A stretch of DNA of 64,000 nt from Anthoceros angustus (lineage: Eukaryota; Plantae; Anthocerotophyta). Location: NCBI GenBank assembly GCA_010909165.1, contig MU008165.1, forward strand, positions 682,001-746,000, in the 5' to 3' direction. Under the pieces are notes generated by a model. The model searched no databases. It was not told the origin of the DNA and saw nothing but the letters and a program-made list of their open reading frames with translations. Positions 50,946-61,427 of this stretch are shown in pieces. Positions within the stretch are counted from its first letter, which is position 1. Every line of letters starts with the position of its first letter. The translations under genes were made by a program, and so were the position numbers.

Positions 50946-51729
50946 TCATTTGTAACTAATTACCCCTGAGTCTCGAGCACCATAAAAAGTTTGAGCTGAT
51001 TCCAGCGAGTCGTGTAAGTCCTCAAACGAGGCAATTGGCAAGTCATTGTGGCTTATATATATGTACATACATACATATAATAGGTATGCTGCCTGTATGT
51101 ATGTAACAATTGTAGGTGATTTTTTTTCAAAGACCAAGGTACATGGTTGCCATTGTTTTCCTGGCCAGAGCGGACAGCCATAGTACGTGTTCAGGAAAAG
51201 ACTGAACAATGTGCTGAAGTAGATTTCGGTGGATAATTGGCTATAGCGGATTGTTATGTCACACAATTTCCAAAAATACACATGTTGCACGCAAACTTGC
51301 TAGCATGCTTGCAAGTGTGAAAACCTCCGGTGGTTGCCTAAGATGGACTAGTGTCCAGGATTACCTTTGATCCTTAGAATCCCAACTTCTCTTCTCCGCC
51401 TCACCTTGCTTATCTCTTCTCTGGCTGCTGCTCCCTCACACGAACGCTAACCAAGATTTAAGCCCATTGGCCTGCCTGAGGCTGCTCCTCTATGCTCATC
51501 TTGCACCTCTCCTACCATTGCCGTGAACTTCCCTCCCTATCACATCAGCATCCCTTGCTAGTGTTGACAATGCCAACTCCATGGCTGATATCGGGACATT
51601 CCAGCAATTTATGGAAGTGCAACATGTGGTATTTCATCAACTTTCTTGTGACTCTTAAGTGCTCACCCTTTTTTATTCTCATGCCAATAATTATTTTTGA
51701 GCGAATATTGCATCCATGAAGTCTTGCAG

Positions 51730-51858
51730 AATGGGTCCTGGATCTTCCACTGGCCGACCATAAATCCAAGCAATGGGTCCTGGATCTTCCACTGGCCGAC
51801 CAGAAATCCAAGCAATGGGTCCTGGATCTTCCACTGGCCGACCAGAAATCCAAGCAAT
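51730..51858. repeat. 42-bp tandem repeat x3
   Basis: AATGGGTCCTGGATCTTCCACTGGCCGACCAGAAATCCAAGC. Confidence 0.97.
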
Positions 51859-53251
51859 GATCACCCAGTGGAAACTGATGACGGGGTGGGAGGTCATGGC
51901 TCACCTACCATGATACCCTTTGCAAGCATTGGTGGTTGTTTGGGAGCCTTGGTTATCTTGCTTACACCACTTGTACGTTTGGTAGCTAACCAAGTTGCAT
52001 CAGCAAAACGTAGCATCTTGAGATTGGCTAGGCTAACGATTAACCAAGTTACCTGTATCATGCCTGGTCTTATACAGGACACTGCCAGAAGAAAATTGTC
52101 GGCTTGCTAATGGCCTTACCCACGAAACATGTGTGAGTAGTGTTCCATTTTTTCAGTCAGATACAGCCTGGATACCATGTGCAGATCAATGTTGATCTTA
52201 ATTTGTACATCCCTGTCTTCCAAGGATGCCTCTTGCTGCTGATCTCCCTCTGCCATAATTGCATCTTACGTGATGAGAAAAGCTCTTCCCGCACGTACCT
52301 GATTGGTATGAGCATTACTGGCTCCATGGTCTGGATTGCCCTCTATTTTCCAAGTTCAAGCAACTTCTTCCTCCTTCACAGGACCCTGGAGTCGGGGCAA
52401 TTTTGCTGACGATGTGTTTTGAACGTTGTGTACCCGATCGCGCATCGCGCATGGAAACATGGGGCACCGATGGACATGGTGAGGATACCGGGAACCGGCG
52501 CGCTGGTGGTGACCGTCTGCCTCATGAGGAGCCGCATGCATGCCTCATGCCTCGGGAGCAGAGCGTGAACCATTTATGTACTTTGTAATGATATTTACTG
52601 CTGAAGGCCTTGACGGCAAACGGACGGTTCACGCTCGCCGCGGTGCATGTGGGTGAATATAGGTAAATGTGGGTTCACGCTCTACGCTCCAACATCCCCT
52701 TCCTTCCTTGGAGGCTTCCTTTGTTCCATCCATCAGGGTGCTGTTCCTCAGCCGTCCTCCTGAAGCAATGGCGGCTCCCACGCGGAACAGCGGACTTCCC
52801 AGCTTCGCCTGTCCCTGCCCTGATTGTGAGCGCAATGGACAAGTTTACCGCAAATTCGAGGACAGAACTTTGTAGAGAACTTTTTAATCTGGCTCCAACA
52901 AGAGCGATGCTTGAGAGACTTTTAAAGACGTCCAATAATTATCTATCCGCCCCAGGGGGCATGTGTGCAAGTAGTCGCATGGCCGAGAGTTGGGAGTTCA
53001 GAACCGACTGAAGCAATATGGTAAATTGACTCCCTACCGGCGTGCTCAATGTGCGAGTGATCCAAGAAAGCACAAGGTAGAAGACATCTGACGCAATCAG
53101 GGCATATTGCTAATGTTTATAAGGGGCCATACACGATGCACCAAGTAGTGCTAACCGACAAGTAAAATCATTTAGCGACAAGAGACAAAGCGACACAACA
53201 TAAGCAATCACAAAAGGACGTGTACGGACACACTAATAAATACCACCCTAG

Positions 53252-53349
53252 CCTGCCCCCGCAGATGTAGCATCTGATGTCCACATCCTTCACGAATGTG
53301 CCTGCCCCCGCAGATGTAACATCTGATGTCCACATCCTTCACGAATGTG
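53252..53349. repeat. 49-bp tandem duplication in the SKP1 copy 3 3' flank
   Basis: CCTGCCCCCGCAGATGTA...CACGAATGTG x2; single in the copy 2 flank. Confidence 0.95.
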
Positions 53350-53388
53350 GAGGAGTACAAAGAGACTCCTAAACGAAGGCCCACTCAC

Positions 53389-54148
53389 TCACTTCCTCTT
53401 AACCTCCGCTTCCTCCTCCGGATTGAGGTAAACCTTGATTTTGAATGTATTCCGAATCTCCTCAGGACTCTTGTCTTCGATCATATCTGCCGCGGCTTGA
53501 CAGGTCAAATGCAGCAGCTTGTTGATGTTCAGGTAACTGGCCGCCTGCTCCACAAACACAAACACAGGTTTACAATGTCGTACAGCAAAGTTAAGCTCCT
53601 GCTGGTTCGCTTAAAGTAGGAAGGGTCTGATGAACCCTCTATACCATGACGCAAACCAAAACAACTCAAGTTTGCAACACAACAAACCAGCCAAACCATG
53701 GAACAGCTATCAACCGCACCCCATGATACACTACCACCACAACGGCTAGGAATTCAGGCGGAAGTACGAGTGTTGTGCACTATGGCCTCATGCCAACCGC
53801 CTCGCATCAAATTTAACAGAGCGAAAGGGCCAGTTTACTCACATTGATGAGCTGAAACAGGGTCGCCTGGTCGACCTTCACGAATTCCCGGTCCCAGCGC
53901 TTGATTTCATCGTCGGCAGACGCCGGATTGTCCTCAGACTTCTGCATGGCCTCCACATGAAATTTGCAATACTCAAGGACCTTCGCCAAGATTTTCCTGC
54001 GGACGTTAGGGATCGAGATAAGGCTTTCAATGCCCATGTCTTCAATCAGATCCTTCACAATCTGGCTCTCCTGCGCGACAGCTTCGTCAACCTCAAAAAT
54101 CTCATCATTGTCCCAGCTCTTCAACTTCACCTTCCTCTCCGGAGCCAT
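53389..54148 (-). CDS. SKP1: SKP1-like protein copy 3, 153 aa, C-terminally shortened; exons 54148-53843 and 53544-53389
   Basis: Exon 2 reads [51 protein letters not shown]; the EWAFV tail lies out of frame after the TGA. Confidence 0.9.
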
Positions 54149-55664
54149 GGCTGCGACAGCTAGACCTGGCAACAGGCACACAAGCCTAAGCCTCCCCTCG
54201 CCCGTGCACGTACGGCACACCGGAATTAGAGCAAGGGTTGAGGGCACATAGAACCGATCCAAACCAGACGACCAGAGACAATCTAGAAGAGGCGCACTCA
54301 AAGCCTACGACAAACAGAGCCGGCGAGCTGGAGACACAAAAATCACACTACCAAGCGAGAGACATATATAGCCCCGATTGATCGGCAAACTGGTTCTCGA
54401 TAATATAAGTCGTCAGCTGCCTACATGTATAGTCGAGATTGATGGCAGCCTGCAGCTGCAATAGGTTCTCGATTTTCTGTGAGCTGCTGGGCTAGGGACA
54501 TGTATCTCGAGACGGCACTAGGAAACTTGGCCTCCATATGCATTCCAGCCGCCCGCGGCACTGACAATCTCAGAGGCCAATGGACGGATTCTCAACATCG
54601 GAGTGTACACGCATGTGATCGAGAACGGTCCCAATTGGACCAAGCCGCTGGTAGCGGCGGGTGTGGACGATCAGGCATGAAGATCCCATCAGGCAGGATT
54701 TAAAAGTGTTTACGTAACACCTTTGAAAGTGTAAGGTCTAAAAAGCGTTCCAAGAGTGTTACTAAGCTAGGTTTCCACGCACACGTAGTAGTGCAGGCAG
54801 CTGCTGCCTGCCGGCGGTAGCCGAGATGTGGTGAATCTGCAAGTGGGTCGATCCAGTTTCGAGAGGCTTAGGCTGGTTGGTCAGGACGAGGTGAGCGGAC
54901 AGCAGGTGTACGCCTATTCCAGCGACTCGAACCGCAGCTTTCAGGTTCCCGGAGTTATCTGCAGCTTTTAGGTTCCCAGAGTCCTGGCTTAACTAAGATT
55001 TCATGTCCTGAAGGATATACAAGAGCGTTTTTGTGCTCTGCCCTGTGCCATGCACAGCTTGGACTGTATCAGATGTATGGTAATCGATGTGGACTCCACA
55101 CTGTGGATTGTATGCCGATTAGGGCATAGATGCATAAATCTGTACGTACACAAAGTCAGCTCTGACAACGAGGGAAAGGGAGAGCAGGAGGCAAGCTTTG
55201 CCTCGTCCGTGTGAGTAAACGTCATCCCACTCTCGCTTTCATGTAAGTACCAAGTGCTTAAGGCCTTGGTACTTACATGATGCTGCAAGCTTTCGAAGAT
55301 GGATTAGGTACCGGAATGGAGGCCAAGTTTCCATGTGCCGTCTCGAGATTGTCTCAGCTACCCCAACAGCTGACAGCTTATCGAGAACCAGTTGCCAGCT
55401 GCCATCAATCTGGACTAAATATGTTGGCAGCTGACGGCTTACATTATCGAGAACTAGTTGCCGGCTGCCATCAATGTTGGCCTATATATGTAGCAACATG
55501 GTAGTGTGATATTTATGTCTCTCGCAGGCTCTGTTTGTCGGGTGCGCTTCTTCTAGAATTGTTTCTGGTCGTCTGGCTTGTCTTGGAGCACACGAGCGAG
55601 AGGAGGTTAGGCCCGAGTGCTTGTTGCCAAGTTTTGGTACAGTCGGAGGCGAGCTGTCGCAACC

Positions 55665-56477
55665 ATGTCTCAGGGGAGGGAGGTCTGGCTGAAAACCTGG
55701 GATGATTACGTTCTCGTGGTCGACGAAGCTGTCGCGCGTGAGAGCGAGACATTGAAGAGCACAATGGAAGAAATCGGCGTCGAATCTCTTATCCAGCTCG
55801 GGCCTCACGTGAGCAGCCAGATCTTGTACAAGATCTTTGAGTATTGCATTTATCATATGGATGCAGTGCAGTCGTGTGAGCACACGCCGGAGTTTACAGA
55901 CGATGAAATCAAGCGCTGGGACCAAGAATTCATGAAGGTCGACCATGAAACCCTGTATAACCTCGTCCATGTGAGTAAACCTCATCCCGCTCTCGCTCCT
56001 CTGTTGAAGTTGATGCAAGGCGGTTGGAATGAGGCCATTGTGCTCTCCACATTAGTTCTTCGCCTTCCTAGCCGCTGGGGTGGTAGTGTAACCTGGCCAT
56101 GGGGAGAAAATGATTTGTTGTTTGATGGTTTGGCTGGTTTGTTGTGTTGCAAACATTAGCTGTTGTTTTGGTTTGGGTGATGTGATCATCAGGGTTCTCC
56201 AGGCCTTGCTTTCAGCGAACCAGCAGCACCTGACGTTTCCCGTACAAAATTGTAAACCTGTGTTTGTGCTGTGGAGCAGGCGGCCAATCACCTGAAGATC
56301 AAGAAGCTGCAAGATTTGATCTGCCAAACCGTAGAGAAAATGATTCAGGACAAGACTCTTGACATGCGGAAGACATGGAACAATCTATTTAACTTCACTC
56401 CGGAGAAGGAAGAGCCCGCGTGGTCACCGTGTACCTGGGAAGGAGAGCTAGATTTGTTTTATATGCTTTTTTGTTAA
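55665..56477 (+). CDS. SKP1: Divergent SKP1-like protein copy 4, 167 aa; exons 55665-55970 and 56280-56477
   Basis: VVDEAVARES, KIFEYC, WDQEFMK, AANHLKIK; same intron position and homologous intron sequence. Confidence 0.9.
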
Positions 56478-57193
56478 TGACCGCCGCCAGGTATCCCCTC
56501 TCGCCACAAGTAAATGTTCCAGGTGGGCTTGGGATTGGCGGGCGCTTGTTGAGCTTTTCTGTCTCGCGCCTGACATGTGAGTCGAGTTGTGTCCCTAGTC
56601 CCCCTAGTCTCGCGGTTGTCTCTGGGCTTGGTTCGTTCTCACATGCCCTGTCCTCGAGCGGGTCTTCGTGTTGTACTCATTTCGCAATTTATACAACCCC
56701 AAGATTGTGATAAAAAAACAGTAAATGTCCCAGAGCTTTCGAACCGTTCCCGCCTTGTACCTGGCTGCCTCCATGCTCTGACTTCCCCTTCCAAAAGGCT
56801 GCTGGCTGTTCCTTGGATGAGTGTCCTGTTGCTAGGAACGTTGCCCGATCTCCTCAAGCTATGGCGAGCCCCGCCGTGCGCAACAGTGAAATTCGTTGCC
56901 TCCCTTGCCTCTGTCCGGATGCGAAGCGGAATCCGGTAGCGGATGCATCCACTATGACGCAGGGCCCTGTGACATCGCAGCGCTCGTGGAAGTGCGCAGC
57001 TTCGAATCCGGTTGAAGCGCATATCTCACAGATTAGTTTGAAAAATTTCGTTGTGCACAAAGAACCTTCTATCACGATCCATCGGATTCCCACACACAAG
57101 CAATTGCAACTACTGCTTCAATTCCCAGCGACAGGGAAGAAAGTGATGTCTCATCGCATCAGATTAATATTCCAACGTTCACAAAGCGATCAC

Positions 57194-59330
57194 TGTTAAA
57201 TTCTTCCAAATCACAAGAAAGAGACTGATGTGCCCTTGCAATTGAATCTGCAATCTGAATCTGCTTCCAACACACAAGCAACGAATTCGTTTTCCAGATC
57301 ACAAAGGAACTGATCTCGTGTAGTATCGGATTCCGACAACACGAGCAGCAACTCCGTGTTCCAAATCGCAAGGAAGACACTGATGTGCTTCTGTCTCTGT
57401 GATTTAAACATGGAGAGCACTCACGATGAAGACTCTTGAGAATTACTGAGTGTGTTGATTGATTGTGAGATCGTGTGAGGGCATTAAGAAGGCCTCAACG
57501 TGAAAAGGTGTGTTTGTTCGGATCGGTGTCTCATGAGTTAGTGTCTGTACAGATTATATGGCTTCATACTGAAACCACTTTCACACACCCCCTTGAAGCT
57601 ACATGATCTGAAGACATCACAAATCTACAAGGCCTAATAATGAACAGAAGCCTTCGTGCTTGATCTTGCCGAGGGGCTTCGTTAGGATGTCCGCTAGTTG
57701 ATCTTCAGTGGGAACGTATGTGAGTAGCAATTCTCCAGATTCCACCTTAGAGCGGAGAAAGTGATATCGTAACTCGATGTGCTTCGAACGTTCATGAAAC
57801 CTCATGTCTCGGGATAGAGCGATGGTTGCCTGATTATCACACATGAGCTCCACTGGCCCATGGTGGGGATACCCGAGGTCTTGAAGGAGCTGTACAAGCC
57901 ACAGTCCTTCCTTTGCTGCAGAAGCAGCTGCAATGTATTCGGACTCAGCTGAACTCAGAGCTATCGACGTCTGTTTCTTCGACTTCCAGCTCATTGCTCC
58001 TCCTGCAAGTATAAACACATAACCACTGGTGGATTTCCTAGTATCGGGATCTCCAGCCCAATCAGCGTCAGTCCAGCCGATAAGCTTGCTTTGGGCATTA
58101 GGACCTCCTTTGTACGGTATTCCACGGGTTTTAGTACGTTGGAGGTATCTCAGAATTCTCTTGGCAGCAACCCAATGAAGCTTGCCAGGATTGGATACGA
58201 ACTGAGAGACATGTCTGTTAGGACATGCTATATCTACCCTGGTATATTGAGCTAAATGCTGGACACTACCCACCACGCCTGCATAAGGAATTAATTGCAT
58301 CTCTACAAGTTCAGCTTCGGACTGAGGTGACATTGTTTTACTAAGCCGAGAGCCAGTTTGCATCGGGGTATCAGAAGGTTTACAGCTAGACATATGATAC
58401 TTGGTTAGCAAATTAGAGCCATATGTACCCTGGTGTAAAGTGACACTCTGATAAAGACAAATCTTGAATAACCTGGATGCCAAGACAATATGTCATACTA
58501 CCATTGTCTGTCATTTTGAATTCCTTCCGAAGGTCAGACTTGCATTCAACTAAATACTTCTCATCATTAGAGACCATGATCAGATCATCAACATAAAGGC
58601 CCATCATAAGCATCTGCTGTCCTCTGTTTCTTGTGAAGACGCTGGAATCAACGGAACTTTTAGCATAACCCAGGCTTAGTAAATACCGGAGGAGACGCTC
58701 GTACCAGCCTCTCGGAGACTGCTTCAATCCATAGAGCATTTTCTTAAGTAGAAAAACCTTGTTTTCTTGGCCTGCTGCCTCATATCCAGGAGGCTGTTGA
58801 ACGTAAATCTCTTCTTTTAAGATGCCATGTAGAAAGGCCGTCTCCACATCTAGTTGATGTATAAAGAGTCCATGCAAAGCAGCTAAGGCTAGCATCAAAC
58901 GAAGAGAGGTAAGTTTGACTACAGGACTGCAAATATTAGATTCACTGTAGTCAACTCCTTTCTTCTGCGTAAATCCTCTTGCAACCAGTCTGGCTTTAAA
59001 TCTAGCCAAGGAGCCATGTGCGTTGTGCTTCTTTCTGAGTACCCATTTTGGTGCTCACGATGTTCTGTCCTTGCGGTGGATCAACAAGGATCCATGTATC
59101 AGAAACCAAGGATTTAAACTCACTATCCATGGCTTGTTTCCAAGAAGAGGATTCTGGTCCTTTGAGGGCCTCTTTAACTGGGACAATATCAGCACTAAAA
59201 AGAGCATGTGCAGAGAGTCCTTGAGACTTATCGAAATTAAGATCATGAAACTTTACACTTGGTATGCCTTTGTTTGATCTTGTTGATTGCCTGAACTCTC
59301 AGCCTGTTGTGGTTGATCATGCTCAGCTAC
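57194..59330 (-). mobile_element. Ty1/copia fragment I (RT, RNase H, PPT, probable 3' LTR 57194-57587)
   Basis: KARLVARGF, QLDVETAFL, LYVDDL, TDADWAGD, SAESEY, KHIELRYHF, ADILTK; AAGGGGG then TG. Confidence 0.95.
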
Positions 59331-59331
59331 A

Positions 59332-59745
59332 TGTTGACCCGGATGTGTGTCTATTCCCCCCGTGGCTGGGCAGGATAAGGATTAAGAGAGAATAATCCAG
59401 GGGCCGGAGCCATTGGAGATGCAGGGTTAGGGAGAGGGGGAAAGAGATTCCCCCCTGTCGGTGGTGGCACCACGTGTGGTAGGGAAAACCCCGGGGCTTC
59501 CGAGATTCTCCCACTCTAGCGGCCACACTTATCCCACTGTCGCTTCGTACGTTGGGTTTCGTCCCATGAGACTCGTGTGAAAATTCGAGGTCCTGTGACA
59601 ACTGATCGCTATCTGCAGAGACACAACTCCTCAGCCTTCTAAACAAGCAAGGCGCCCTCTACTCACCCTCTTACAGCAGCTGCACCGCTTGCACTGCTCC
59701 GAAAGACTACCGATTCTCAGCCTACAACGACTCGACACAATTGCA
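59332..59745 (+). repeat. Dispersed LTR-like repeat R, copy 3
   Basis: Starts TGTTG; 59474-59740 is homologous to 26483-26730. Confidence 0.75.
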
Positions 59746-61075
59746 GGTCCTGCCTTAGCCGCTTACTGCTGCCATGTTGTGAATACTGCAGATACATGTG
59801 TTGGGTCCCTTTCAAATAACGAAGGATACGTTTCACAGCGACCCAATGCTTTTGTCGAGGTTCGAGGAAGCGTGAGACTATCTGAAACTGGGAAATATCT
59901 GACGAGTCCATGACTAAAATATAAAAGGCTCCCAAGCGCCTCTCAGTAAAGGTATAGTTGACATAGCTGCTCGTTCATTATCGTGGTTGGGCTGTCCTCA
60001 ATAGATAGCTTGTCACTAGTGGGCGGAGTAGAGGCGGGTTTACATCCAGCAGATTAAATTTAGTGAGAAGCTGACGTATAAAATGTGATTGATGAATACA
60101 TACACAGGTCTTGCCCATATCAAAAGCAAACTAAATGCCAAGTGCAAACTTTAAAGGTCCGACATCAGTCATGTCCCACTCCTGGGAGAGTTCTCGCTTG
60201 ATGTAGGTCAGGATCTGGTTGTCACTTGCGAAGATGAAATTATCATCAACATACAAAGCAATGATGCATATCTGATTGGTCTTCTTGAGGACATATGACT
60301 GCAATCGACTAGAGGTACAAAACCCAGCTTGCGTAGTTTCTTATCGACGTGAATTCCATAGGCGTGTTTGTTTTAATCCATACAGGATTTCGAGTCTACA
60401 TACCTTGGTGTGATCGACAATATAGCCCTCGGTGGTTCATAAAAATCACCTCGGTAAGATCTCCATTTAAAATGCGGTCTTGGCGTCCATTTGATGGACA
60501 ATCAACTTATGTTGTGACCATAGCGGTAATATCGCATAGGCGTTGGCTTTACAAGCGGGCTAAAGGTCTCTGTAATCCGGACCATGGACACAGTGTAGCC
60601 CTCGCCACTAACTTTGGCCTTATAGCGGGCTCTTGAGCGATGGATGGAGCTTCAATTTGAAAACCCATTTGGATGTGATGGGTTTTCGATCCGTGGTAAG
60701 GTTACCAACTCCATGTCTTGTTTGATATAAGGCTGTATATTACGAATCAATAGCTTTCTGCCATTCTGCCTTTTGAGGACCAGACAATGCCTCTTGACAG
60801 GTGAGTGATGTTTCAGGGGGATCTAGGACAGAAGATGCTGCTGCATAAGCAAAAGCTGAGAGACTCACACGAGGTTGTGCTACATGATCTGGCTGTGATT
60901 GATAGGTAAAAGTATCACCAGGTGAATAAGGTGGATTAAGCCACTCTTCACGAGGGCGATGTGACCTGGCTGATCTTCTCAAAGGTGTCACAGCTGGAGC
61001 CTCTAATGGTAAGTCAACAGGTGGATCTGGTAAGTCTGCAGGTTGGTCTAAATCGTCCACTAAAATATTGAACAT
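59746..61075 (-). mobile_element. Ty1/copia fragment J (RT, heavily decayed)
   Basis: QEALSGPQKAEWQKAI, ALYVDD, HWVAVKRILRYLKGT. Confidence 0.9.
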
Positions 61076-61427
61076 GATAATATTTGAACCGGCGGAATAT
61101 ACGAACCCGCTTTCGAAAACCCGGGACCAGATTCGGGTTCCCCATCCAGTCCGGTTGTCTGCAAGTTTAATGCTTCAGGGTTTGCGCATCCCGTTTGTGG
61201 GTGCTTTCACACGAATGTGGGTATGTTGGTGCATTCTGGACCTCTAAATGCAGTTACGGCGAATGTCTTATAGGTGTGAAACGAGCTCTGGATATTTTGC
61301 AGCCGTCAGGTCATCCTTGCAAAGCGAATAACAATGTCACTCATAGTTAAAGAAGGAGGCTAGCAGGGCGCATGCGGCGTCTAATTCTAACCATGCGGTT
61401 ATGGTACTTTCAAAAAGTAAACTAGAC

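Noticed and set aside
51730-51858. CRISPR-like array (also considered for 26011-26099 and 37286-37525)
   Set aside because: Head-to-tail repeats without unique spacers, no cas genes, eukaryotic context
52100-53010. Possible spliced host gene
   Set aside because: Short ORFs and possible splice sites, but no recognisable domain or consistent model
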